From the sequence record PP408249.1: 64,000 bases of DNA; one strand, written 5' to 3'. Position 1 is the stretch's first letter; the number at the start of each line of letters is the position of its first letter. The translations under genes were made by a program, and so were the position numbers. A model generated the notes under the pieces. That model saw nothing but the letters and a program-made list of their open reading frames with translations. It had not been told where the DNA came from and ran no database searches. This document shows positions 8,987-18,241 of this stretch, piece after piece.

Positions 8987-9730
8987 TTGCGTAAGAAATG
9001 TATATACGATAGTGCTATATGTATATACAGACAAGTGGCTCTGTTCCGTTATTGGATATTGGTAGTAGAAACTATCCCCATCGTGCTGTTATTGTAGTTC
9101 CGATAGTGTCGGGTTAACGTTTTAACAGTTATTTAAATTATGATTTTGGGTGCCACAGAGATTGTACTTACTAAAAGGACTTAGTAAGAACCGCATATAA
9201 TCTCGAAACTTGTGTAGGATGTTGGTCTAACCACGGCATAGAATATATGCCTCAACTACTACACGGAAAGGATGATGCTCTGGTTGAAACAGAGTTTCTA
9301 TAAATCTTTCAGTATAGATTCCGTATGGCTGAAAGTTGAAACACCAACATCAATAGACTATAGTTTTTGTTAGTGTGGCTATAGTTTATTCCGGCATTGA
9401 AAGTATATACAGTGGTGCGAGACAGTAAGCATTAGTAGCAACTGTATATATGAGTAAGAGGATGCGTTTACAATGAGGAATTACCTATCGGTGCCCGCCT
9501 CAGGGATTGCACTTCCCAACGTACACTAAACTTCGTACCATACCGAAACATACGTTTCTGTTATTACGATTTCCTTCCCAAACGGGGAGGAAATCTTCTC
9601 CGCCCGAATGTCATAAGATCAAAAGCATTAATAATTAATACATAAAATTCGTTTAATTAGTTATTAAGTATATGAGTTGTAGTTTACGAAAACGAATATA
9701 CTTAATAACTACCAGTGAAGCTTGCTTCGC
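8987..9730 (+). ncRNA. Large structured non-coding RNA candidate, copy A (homologue at 62440-63170)
   Basis: ORF-free, GC-richer than flanks, many hairpins; blocks shared with copy B at 9031-9086 (53/56), 9128-9153 (26/26), 9267-9295 (27/29); ends approximate. Confidence 0.75.
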
Positions 9731-9734
9731 TGTT

Positions 9735-10470
9735 TAAAATTGCAATTTGTATTTTCAATTTTATATTTTGAAGTGTGTTTTTGAAAATCAATCTATAAAA
9801 TATAATTTTAAATATTATTTTTAAATGTCATTTTGTGATTTTAATTTAAAATACTATTTCATGATTTAAAATGGAAATATATTAAATAATATCATTTTGT
9901 GATTTTAATTTAAACAATTTCATATAAAACTATTTTGTCTATTTCTTTTATAATCTTAAAGTCATTAAAAACCCTACAAATGTAGGGTTTTTATTTGATT
10001 ATATGGTATTCGGTTTTAGACATTCAGATTATTATAATTAATAATATCTGTATGATAACTATATTTTATAGAAATACATTTACTAATTACATTTGTCAAT
10101 AAATGGTTATTTTCTTTATATTTAATACGTCTCGGGAGTATATAGCAAATATGATAAATCGAGACACATAATATTTGTGTCTATATTTTTAGTTTCATTA
10201 CTCTACATAATTGATTAATAATGTATACAGTTATATACGCTATATTGTAATAACAAACCAAATTATATAGAGAATATACATTAAACTCTGTTTTGTGTTA
10301 AATCGACACTACATATATTATTATGTAGTGATACCTGCTGTATATAAAACTAATTAGTTATTATGTGCTTTAGGAGAATTCCATTATAATTAGTTTTCTG
10401 TGTCATACTCAAATGATGAAAGAATTATATTCTTTCATCTGTTTTATTATATGTTATTCAAGATTTATAA
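9735..10470. other. Very AT-rich non-coding region with direct repeat and multiple palindromes (origin-like)
   Basis: tcattttgtgattttaatttaaa twice (~9827, ~9892); inverted repeats at 9966-9993, ~10307-10330, ~10346-10397, ~10416-10440. Confidence 0.45.
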
Positions 10471-10673
10471 TATAATTTTATAATGTTTGCAATTTATGAC
10501 ACAAGCTATTTTAATAGAATTATACTATTCAAAGTTTTGACTTATTTTATGTGTAAAACGACAAAAATAGGCATATATATAAAAAGCACACCTGTTTCCT
10601 GTATGAAACAAAATAGTATTTTATTAAAAATAGTGTATAGTAATAAAAACATCATTAATCATGTACGTAATTT

Positions 10674-10895
10674 ATGGTAAACGTAATTAAAGAACTTCCG
10701 CCCATTAAAGGATATTGCATAGTTGTGCGTCATCCGGGCGATACTAGATTTAGCTGGGTATCGCTAGACGATCAATATATGTTAGTAGACAATCCGGTAG
10801 TTTTAAATGACGAATTTGACAATTGTAAAAACGAATGGCCGGATGCTGAAATAAAAATAGTAGAAGTATATATTGTCCCGGAGAAAGTGTTATGA
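10674..10895 (+). CDS. Hypothetical protein (paralogue of next gene)
   Basis: PPIKGYCIVV..W..DNPVV similar to SPIKCYTVVV..W..DSPVV. Confidence 0.7.
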   Translation: MVNVIKELPPIKGYCIVVRHPGDTRFSWVSLDDQYMLVDNPVVLNDEFDNCKNEWPDAEIKIVEVYIVPEKVL

Positions 10896-11110
10896 ATGCT
10901 ATATCTAAAATATCTCCGATTAAATGTTATACTGTTGTAGTTACAGATGATAAATGGAAATCATGCACATGGGTAAATTATCATGATTCTCCGGTTGTAG
11001 AATATGATATTTCTAAAATATCATCTATATTAGAATCTTGTAAGAAAAAGTTTGGCGATAGTAATGTAAGGGTAATGGAAATACATTTAGTACCGGAAAA
11101 CTTTTTATGA
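10892..11110 (+). CDS. Hypothetical protein (paralogue of previous gene)
   Basis: 72 aa, ATGA overlap, similar C-terminus (VxEVxxVPE). Confidence 0.7.
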   Translation: MNAISKISPIKCYTVVVTDDKWKSCTWVNYHDSPVVEYDISKISSILESCKKKFGDSNVRVMEIHLVPENFL

Positions 11111-11316
11111 AAATTCGTTATATATTACTATTAATATTATCAGACTTACAAACACTAGTAAAGGTACAAGCATTTTTATTTGCATTGCTTCCCTGTGTTA
11201 TTTTATTTCTTCCTGCATCGTTCTTTATTACATTAGTTATAACAATTGCCATAGTATGGATAATAAGTTTACTATCTTATTTGCTTATTAATAAACTGAT
11301 ACAAACGAGGAGCTAA
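11107..11316 (+). CDS. Small membrane protein
   Basis: 69 aa, two hydrophobic segments, coupled start. Confidence 0.6.
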   Translation: MKIRYILLLILSDLQTLVKVQAFLFALLPCVILFLPASFFITLVITIAIVWIISLLSYLLINKLIQTRS

Positions 11317-11318
11317 AA

Positions 11319-11516
11319 ATGGCAGGTCTAAGAAAATGCATTGATGAATTCTGCAAAGGATGTATTTATGATCCTGAGTCTTCCGGCAGTTGGCGACAAC
11401 AAGTAGAAAATTGTAGTGCTAAATCATGTGAACTATGGGAAGTTCGACCTGTTTCGGTAGGAACTAAACAAGAAAGAATTATTGCAAAACAAAAGAGTTC
11501 ACAAGAACTTGCGTAA
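11319..11516 (+). CDS. Small Cys-rich hypothetical protein
   Basis: GAGGAG RBS; CKGCIYD..C....CELW. Confidence 0.75.
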   Translation: MAGLRKCIDEFCKGCIYDPESSGSWRQQVENCSAKSCELWEVRPVSVGTKQERIIAKQKSSQELA

Positions 11517-11618
11517 GACAACTAACCAACCTAACTCTAGGTTAACCCTAGGTTGACTCATTTGTTGGATAGCACTATACATGTAGCATGTTTAAAAACA
11601 TAGCTAGGAGTAGCATTT

Positions 11619-12773
11619 ATGAGTCAGATGTACGTAACTATCACTAATGGAATGTACCGTAACCAGCAAGTAAACGGCACATTCCTTTTACTCGAAGATG
11701 TGAAAGTTACTGGGTCGGGAAAACGAGTTATTAACGTATTAGGTGCATTGCCGGAATGGTCTCAACATAAATGTAGAGTTACACTCGGTAATGACGCAAC
11801 AGTACAGTATTCGAACGAACAAGGAGAGGTTTTAGATTTGCCTAATGTTATACGTCCTTTTGTGGGCGAAAATAATAATAATGTTCCTGCATCTAGTCGC
11901 GGTACAGTGTATGAAGGCACCGCAGTAGAAATTGACTACGAAAAGCAATACCAGCAACTAGAATCCGAAAACGATGCAATGAATCGTATCAAACGGACTT
12001 TTGAGATTGTAAATGAACTAACAGAGGCTGCTGCGGCAGGCGAAATCCGTTCTATGATCATCTCCGGTCCTCCCGGAATCGGAAAAAGCTTCGGCGTAGA
12101 AGAAACACTAAACAGGTGTTTCTTGTTGGATAAAATTAAAGATAATAAAGAACCGTTTGAGATCGTAAAGGGCGCTGCAAGTGCAATTGGTGTTTACCAA
12201 AAGCTTTACGAATTTAAAGATAAAGGTAAAATCCTTATTTTCGATGATTGCGACCGCGTACTATTTGACGAAGATAGTCTAAATCTCCTTAAAGGTGCAT
12301 TAGATACTACTAAGCGTAGAACTATTTACTGGCTTAGTGAGTCCCGCGTTTTAAAAGAAAATGATATTCCACCTAAATTCGATTTCGAAGGTAGTGTAAT
12401 TTTCCTTACTAACCTTAACTTCGAGGATACAAAGTCCCGAATTGGAAGGCACCTAGAAGCAATTATGTCCCGGTGTCATTATTTAGACATGGAAATTAGT
12501 AGTACGAGAGACCAGATCCTTCGCATTAAACAAGTTGTGCGCGACGGGATGCTTAGTAAATATGAATTTAATAACGGAGAAGATGAAGAAATCCTAGAAT
12601 ATATTATCGATAACCAGAATGATCTGCGAGAACTTAGCTTGCGTATGGTAATTAAAATTGCCGATCTGATTAAATTCAAAAAAGATGGTTGGCGAGAATA
12701 TGCAGAGACAACTGTACTGAAACGGAATGCAAAATTCCGGCGGCTGTATAACGAAAAGTACAGTGATATTTAA
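11619..12773 (+). CDS. AAA+ family ATPase with N-terminal extension
   Basis: Walker A SGPPGIGKS, Walker B ILIFDDCD, FLTN sensor, AIMSRC arginine finger; AGGAG RBS, TTGACT promoter at 11553. Confidence 0.9.
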   Translation: MSQMYVTITNGMYRNQQVNGTFLLLEDVKVTGSGKRVINVLGALPEWSQHKCRVTLGNDATVQYSNEQGEVLDLPNVIRPFVGENNNNVPASSRGTVYEGTAVEIDYEKQYQQLESENDAMNRIKRTFEIVNELTEAAAAGEIRSMIISGPPGIGKSFGVEETLNRCFLLDKIKDNKEPFEIVKGAASAIGVYQKLYEFKDKGKILIFDDCDRVLFDEDSLNLLKGALDTTKRRTIYWLSESRVLKENDIPPKFDFEGSVIFLTNLNFEDTKSRIGRHLEAIMSRCHYLDMEISSTRDQILRIKQVVRDGMLSKYEFNNGEDEEILEYIIDNQNDLRELSLRMVIKIADLIKFKKDGWREYAETTVLKRNAKFRRLYNEKYSDI

Positions 12774-12816
12774 TACACAATAAAGTAGCAAGGATGCTAC
12801 TTTCCGGAGATACGGT

Positions 12817-13374
12817 ATGAATCATTGTGTTAGGTTTGCTTTTTTAGATAGAAATATAAAAAGTTCTATAACAACGTTTATAGTTATACCTTTAATTCTT
12901 ACGTCTGTAATATATTTCCTTTTTTCAGAACAAAATGTGTGGCCAGCGTGTTTTTATTTTGTCACTATGCTTATAATTTTGTTTATTGCAGAACTAGCAG
13001 CGTGTTCATCTGGAAATTTTTTTAATTGTGCTTTAAGTATATTCTCTATTTTTAGAAATATTGGTCACTTTGACACAACTTGGAAAATAACAAATGATGG
13101 TTTTATTTATTCTTTAAAAGATAACGAAACTATACACATCTTTGTAAATAAAAACGGCGTATATTTGCATAATAATGGAAAATTTATTTATGTAGATAAT
13201 GTTAAAAATACTAAAATAGATTTATCTAAACTGTCTCACCCGGTATTTATATTAATAACATTTTACCTAAAACATAAACTCAAAGAAGATATGATACTGG
13301 CAGATTTATACGGATCAGTAAGTTCTAGTGTATTCATGAATGATGAAGATTTTCAAAAATTATACAGACGCTAA
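12817..13374 (+). CDS. Predicted membrane protein
   Basis: 185 aa, two N-terminal hydrophobic helices. Confidence 0.65.
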   Translation: MNHCVRFAFLDRNIKSSITTFIVIPLILTSVIYFLFSEQNVWPACFYFVTMLIILFIAELAACSSGNFFNCALSIFSIFRNIGHFDTTWKITNDGFIYSLKDNETIHIFVNKNGVYLHNNGKFIYVDNVKNTKIDLSKLSHPVFILITFYLKHKLKEDMILADLYGSVSSSVFMNDEDFQKLYRR

Positions 13375-13750
13375 AAAATATCTAAATACGTTTGTTTCTT
13401 GTAAACCAGAACAAACAGATATGCATAGTGTATTAAATGGATATCAAAATTATTGTATATTCTCGTGTTTAATAGATTCTGCACAAAATTTAATAACAAC
13501 TAAATTTTCTGATACTAATACTAATTCATACGAATGGATTATTTCGTACAAAGAAAATAATAAAAATATAACATATTCTGTTGAAAACAAAACAGACATC
13601 CTAAAGAATAACGGGTTGTCTGTTGCCTTTATTGTATGTAGGGCAAAAATAGTGTATACTAATAAATTAACAGAATTTGGTAAAACTAAATTAAAAGAAA
13701 AAAGAAATATTCTGTTAATAGACAGAGATAAAGAAAAACTAAAAATATAA
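13340..13750 (+). CDS. Hypothetical protein
   Basis: 136 aa ORF in operon. Confidence 0.65.
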   Translation: MMKIFKNYTDAKKYLNTFVSCKPEQTDMHSVLNGYQNYCIFSCLIDSAQNLITTKFSDTNTNSYEWIISYKENNKNITYSVENKTDILKNNGLSVAFIVCRAKIVYTNKLTEFGKTKLKEKRNILLIDRDKEKLKI

Positions 13751-13752
13751 CC

Positions 13753-14619
13753 ATGAATAGCATAATTATAAAAACAAAAAAAGATCTTTTATACGAAACA
13801 ACACTGTCGAATTTAGGATTTATAACAACTACTATACAAGTAGGTGATATAGTAGAATTCGATAAAATAGAAGAAGAACTTAATTCTAAAGATTTCTTTA
13901 CTGCTTATGTACGTACATCTACTCATTTTCAATACGAGATAGCAAAACTTTGTGCTTCGAGATGTAAAATTGTTTTCATAGACATAAATGGTTTTAGATC
14001 GGCACAAGAATGGGAAGATATTAAAAAAGAATTTCCGTATACTAGATTTATTTTATTAAAAAATAATATGTGGAATTCTAATATTTCTGATTTTAAAAAA
14101 ATAATGCCAGACACAAAGGCAATTAATATAAAATGTCTTAATAAAAACAAATTAAATTCTTTAGATTACTGGAACACAATTAAGGGTTTTTCGTTCGGCG
14201 GAACAAGCAGAGATATATTGCCTCATTTACTAAGTATATTTGTTTTATTAAATGATGATTTTGCAGAATCTGTAGCAACAGAGACAATATTAAAACGTAA
14301 TTTGTCATTATCAGATATAAAAAAATATATACCGGGTCCTGGTTTAATTTATGATGTAGACGATTATTTTAATGTGTCGTATCAATCTAAAATAATATGT
14401 AATTTAGAAGCTGACTGGAAAAGTAATAAAACTGATGTAAAAAATATAGAATTCATTTTAAATGACGATACTAGTAGTTTATTCGATATAGATTATAATG
14501 AAGAATCATCATACTCTCGGATGATATCTAACTGTGTACAAAATTTAAGTAACGAAGGATTTTGGAGTTATCATTATTTAATAGATGAATGGATACTTAA
14601 ACAAATAGAGAATTTATAA
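13753..14619 (+). CDS. Divergent Gfo/Idh/MocA-like oxidoreductase
   Basis: GGTSRDILPHLLS resembles the GGxxxDxxxH motif; adjacent to an MDR dehydrogenase. Confidence 0.55.
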   Translation: MNSIIIKTKKDLLYETTLSNLGFITTTIQVGDIVEFDKIEEELNSKDFFTAYVRTSTHFQYEIAKLCASRCKIVFIDINGFRSAQEWEDIKKEFPYTRFILLKNNMWNSNISDFKKIMPDTKAINIKCLNKNKLNSLDYWNTIKGFSFGGTSRDILPHLLSIFVLLNDDFAESVATETILKRNLSLSDIKKYIPGPGLIYDVDDYFNVSYQSKIICNLEADWKSNKTDVKNIEFILNDDTSSLFDIDYNEESSYSRMISNCVQNLSNEGFWSYHYLIDEWILKQIENL

Positions 14620-15521
14620 TGAAGGTCCGTTATTTTCATCCCATAAACAATGTATTCGAAGAAACAGTATGGGATAAGCCCGATATAAAAAATACAGAAA
14701 TTGAAGTTAAAACAAAATATGTAGGTGTTTCCAATAATGATTTAAATGTAATTTATAACCAAACACCTTATGCTAGTAACAAATATGGTTGTGAAAGTGT
14801 AGGTATAGTAACAAAAGTTGGATCTAAAATTACTGACGTAAAAGTGGGAGATTTTGTAGCCACAACTACGAATCATTTATATTCAGATTTTTATAATTGT
14901 AAAACAGAAGAATATGTAAAAATTCCTAAATGTTCTCCTAGATATATTTTAGAACCAATTGCTCGATCATTAAATTTAATAACACAAAATTGGAACAAAT
15001 TCGTAGAGTTAAATAGAAACGAAGGTAAAATACTTATTCTAGGATCTGGTTTTGTTGCATCTGTACTGTATACTGTCTTAACAAAAGAACACGATGTTGA
15101 TCCTAATAGAATATATGTTGTTGGATCTCATAATAAATCTATCTTTAATAAATCGTTGTATAATACTCTACCGATTCACTTGTATGACATAGTGTTTGAT
15201 CTGCAGGGTTTAAACATACCCTTAACAAATAATATATTGAATACGAATTCCTTATTAATAATAGGTGCCGCAGGTAAACCAACTTTAATAGATTTAAATC
15301 TATTAGCACATAAATCTGTTACAATAAATTTCCCTAGTCCCGATAATAATAAATTTTACGAATCATTAAATGATGCATGTAGAATAGTAGAAACTAAAAT
15401 CTTTGATCCTAATAAATTTTGGACTAAGGGATATAAAAGAGACACTGAATGGAAAAGTGCATTCAGTACAGGGATTAATCGCCCGAAACATTATAATTAC
15501 GGTTATATTATTTGGAACTAA
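14619..15521 (+). CDS. MDR (GroES-fold alcohol dehydrogenase-like) oxidoreductase
   Basis: EIEVKTKYVGVSNND, YGCESVGIVTKVGSKITDVKVGDFV, Rossmann ILILGSGFVA. Confidence 0.8.
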   Translation: MKVRYFHPINNVFEETVWDKPDIKNTEIEVKTKYVGVSNNDLNVIYNQTPYASNKYGCESVGIVTKVGSKITDVKVGDFVATTTNHLYSDFYNCKTEEYVKIPKCSPRYILEPIARSLNLITQNWNKFVELNRNEGKILILGSGFVASVLYTVLTKEHDVDPNRIYVVGSHNKSIFNKSLYNTLPIHLYDIVFDLQGLNIPLTNNILNTNSLLIIGAAGKPTLIDLNLLAHKSVTINFPSPDNNKFYESLNDACRIVETKIFDPNKFWTKGYKRDTEWKSAFSTGINRPKHYNYGYIIWN

Positions 15522-15523
15522 CA

Positions 15524-16030
15524 ATGGATAGAAAAGAAGTAATTTATTTTATAGGAACAGAAGTCGAACATACTCCAGTATACGGTGAAAAAACACTTTT
15601 TGTTGCTGGTCCCCAAGATGGTGACGAAGTAGTAAGTAATGCACTGAAACATAACTGTAAACATATATATTTCGGTGCTAACCAAAGTTTCCCTTTACAC
15701 AAAATAGATATAACAGAAGTAATTAAATGGAAACAAATGATACTGCATTGCTTAAATAAAGGATTTTGGTGTACTTTAGATTTTGATATATGCAATTCTT
15801 CTGCAATTTTAGAAATGGATTTATCTAAGTATGATAAATTTATTCCTATTATAAGTGCAAAAATACCAAATATATCCGAATACAATAAAAACACTATATT
15901 AAAGATAGATGATATAGGTTTTGATGAAACTAACGAAGGAGTATGGTGTCATAAGTTAAATGATTTAAAAGATAATACCGTACATACTAGCTGGGACAAA
16001 TATACAGGAGATATTTCAATTGACGAATAA
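15524..16030 (+). CDS. Conserved hypothetical phage protein
   Basis: YFIGTEVEHTPVYGEKTLFV..HIYFGANQSF; ATG at 15524 with GGA RBS (track starts at TTG 15512). Confidence 0.75.
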   Translation: MDRKEVIYFIGTEVEHTPVYGEKTLFVAGPQDGDEVVSNALKHNCKHIYFGANQSFPLHKIDITEVIKWKQMILHCLNKGFWCTLDFDICNSSAILEMDLSKYDKFIPIISAKIPNISEYNKNTILKIDDIGFDETNEGVWCHKLNDLKDNTVHTSWDKYTGDISIDE

Positions 16031-16325
16031 AATTAATTATAGCAAAGTATATGAACCAAAAGGCGCACTATATAGAATTCGTCGCATTTCTGACGGTGCA
16101 TTTAGCACAGGGTCTTCTAGTCCGGTGTTTGTAACTTCTGGTCCGGGAAAAGTATTCAATACTTTAGGTAAACTTAGATCTCATCTTACTACTATTCGTA
16201 ATAACCCGGTTTTACAAGACATATACAACGAATGTGAAATTGTTCAGTATGTAGAAGCTGACCAGCCAACATACACTCTAGCTGAACACACAGAATTACT
16301 TATACTTAAAAAGTTAACACAATAA
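16020..16325 (+). CDS. Hypothetical protein
   Basis: 101 aa ORF, GGAG RBS. Confidence 0.75.
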   Translation: MTNKINYSKVYEPKGALYRIRRISDGAFSTGSSSPVFVTSGPGKVFNTLGKLRSHLTTIRNNPVLQDIYNECEIVQYVEADQPTYTLAEHTELLILKKLTQ

Positions 16326-16429
16326 CGCGCTTTACTGCGCGTTAATTTGCGCGTATGCTGCAAAAACATGTAACACTAGAGCTTATATATGCTTATGCTT
16401 AAAAAGCTGTATAACGCAATTTATGCGTT
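16295..16429. other. GA/TC/GG/CC-depleted island
   Basis: Only one GA (16379-16380) in 135 nt; rich in GCGC and AAAAACATG. Confidence 0.75.
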
Positions 16430-16865
16430 CCTTAACGAACTTGCTTATATAAAATATATAAGATTCTATGTCTTCTTTAAATGTGTTCATAAGCATCATG
16501 TATCGGAAATACTTCTGTTAAGTAATCTAGCAGGTACGACTATAGGAGCATATAGATTTGAACGTCTCGGAAGCATGGATTATTGCACTATATCGATTGA
16601 CATGCCACTCGACGAGGATTATTTTATTGCCTGTAATACAAAAGGAATTATTTCTGTAGCAAAATGTAATCTCATATCAATGAATTTTTATGATTTTGGT
16701 ACACAATTATCAAACTATTACTTTTTTAAATACGACAATACATCGAATGGTTCGTTTTTTGTGTATCCATCCAAAAATTATTTAGTACATCCAGAAGTAA
16801 TATCTTATATAAAGAAATATAATAATGAGAGTTTATATAAAAGAACAACGTATTTGCCGGGGTAA
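16389..16865 (+). CDS. Hypothetical protein
   Basis: 158 aa ORF; true start uncertain. Confidence 0.55.
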   Translation: MLMLKKLYNAIYAFLNELAYIKYIRFYVFFKCVHKHHVSEILLLSNLAGTTIGAYRFERLGSMDYCTISIDMPLDEDYFIACNTKGIISVAKCNLISMNFYDFGTQLSNYYFFKYDNTSNGSFFVYPSKNYLVHPEVISYIKKYNNESLYKRTTYLPG

Positions 16866-17064
16866 TGCCGAAATATACGATATAGTTATCAGACAGGAAG
16901 GTTATTTAGAATTTCTAGAAGAAACAGAAACAGAATACACAGGATTTCTAAATGTTGTTAAAATATACAAATGCACCGATGGGTATCAAAAACGAATTCA
17001 TACAACAAAACAGAAGTTTTCTTTTCCGAAAGATTCTGACGAAATACTTATAATAGAATTATAG
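16825..17064 (+). CDS. Hypothetical protein
   Basis: 79 aa ORF. Confidence 0.6.
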   Translation: MRVYIKEQRICRGNAEIYDIVIRQEGYLEFLEETETEYTGFLNVVKIYKCTDGYQKRIHTTKQKFSFPKDSDEILIIEL

Positions 17065-17074
17065 GAATTTCTGC

Positions 17075-17641
17075 ATGACTACAACTGAGGCAACTCTACT
17101 TAGTCTCGCTATCGCTGCAAGTTGTATGGTAGCAGACAAAATGTATTCTAAAGAATTTGAATACATTACTAACCTTAAAATAAAAGAAGAAAAACTAAAA
17201 GAAGAATTTGCTATAAATGATGAAGATAAAATAAAATCATACATAGCATTGTGTAAAAGAAGAAAGAATTGCAGGGCAGTAGCAGAAGCAATATATTATG
17301 AAGCGCGTAGTGAATCTAGGATAGGAATGCAAGGTGTAGCATTTACGATATTAAATAGAGCCATGAATCCTACTAGATGGCCCAACACCCCGTACAGTGT
17401 GGTTTACTATAAATGCCAATTTAGTTATACTTGCGACGGCAGTAGAAAACAAGGTTTTAAAGAAAAAGATAAATGGGATTTAGCTAATATAGTAGCATAT
17501 AGGGCTATAAATAGACTATCTAGCGATCCCACCAACGGCGCTGATCATTATTATGCACCGCACAGAGTAAGCAAACCGTATTGGGCAAAGAAAATGAGAA
17601 AAACTGCCAAATTAGGTAATCATGTGTTTTATAAATCGTAA
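17075..17641 (+). CDS. Cell wall hydrolase, SleB/Hydrolase_2 family (lytic transglycosylase-like)
   Basis: N-terminal signal/anchor; AEAIYYEARSE..GMQGVAFTILNR, WPNT..VVY..QFS, DPTNGADHYY, LGNHVFY. Confidence 0.9.
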   Translation: MTTTEATLLSLAIAASCMVADKMYSKEFEYITNLKIKEEKLKEEFAINDEDKIKSYIALCKRRKNCRAVAEAIYYEARSESRIGMQGVAFTILNRAMNPTRWPNTPYSVVYYKCQFSYTCDGSRKQGFKEKDKWDLANIVAYRAINRLSSDPTNGADHYYAPHRVSKPYWAKKMRKTAKLGNHVFYKS

Positions 17642-17656
17642 TGAGGGGATTATACT

Positions 17657-17887
17657 ATGGTATGCAAAACAATAACAAAAGAAATGTTTGAAATGCAATA
17701 TAATATAAGAAACTATTCTACCGTTGCTCATATATATATTAGCACAAGAGCAAATATAATAGAAATATATTATAAAACCCCGTTTAACCAGGGCATAGTA
17801 TTGCAAAATTATTACGTTAACGAAGAATGCGACCAATATATACAGTCTTGTAGATTATATAGGGAATATGAAAAAAATAGAATATAA
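17657..17887 (+). CDS. Hypothetical protein
   Basis: 76 aa, GAGGGG RBS. Confidence 0.6.
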   Translation: MVCKTITKEMFEMQYNIRNYSTVAHIYISTRANIIEIYYKTPFNQGIVLQNYYVNEECDQYIQSCRLYREYEKNRI

Positions 17888-18167
17888 AATAAATCTTTTA
17901 ATCGAAGAAATAAAAGAGTTTAAAAGAACAAAAAAAGAACTCAATGAAGACCTAATGCAACATTATACAAAGTTCTATTCAGAACAAGTTAAAGATGTTT
18001 ATTTTAGATCTTTAAATTTTAGACGAAATTCTGTAAAACAACTTATTAAACAATTGCATACAGTATGTAAACAAGCTAAAATAAAATTACTTTATATTAA
18101 AGCTAAGTCTTCAACTAAACAGCAGAGGCAAAAATGTAATAAAGTAAACGTAACTAGACGAACATAA
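17868..18167 (+). CDS. Hypothetical basic coiled-coil protein
   Basis: 99 aa, K-rich. Confidence 0.6.
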   Translation: MKKIEYKINLLIEEIKEFKRTKKELNEDLMQHYTKFYSEQVKDVYFRSLNFRRNSVKQLIKQLHTVCKQAKIKLLYIKAKSSTKQQRQKCNKVNVTRRT

Positions 18168-18183
18168 TATTTTGCGCTATACT
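18155..18183 (+). promoter_or_regulatory. sigma70-type promoter
   Basis: TAGACG-17-TATACT upstream of 18242. Confidence 0.65.
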
Positions 18184-18241
18184 GTATATCAAGCTAAGAA
18201 GCTTAACAAACAACATTAATACAACCGAGAGGTAATTTGCA

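Noticed and set aside
9146-9210. GTGCCACAGAG..GAAAC resembling the RNase P RNA J11/12-J12/13 region
   Set aside because: No P4-forming GAGGAAAGUCC / matching 3' strand, and copy B reads GTGCTGAAG at this position; at most a shared T-loop-like module.
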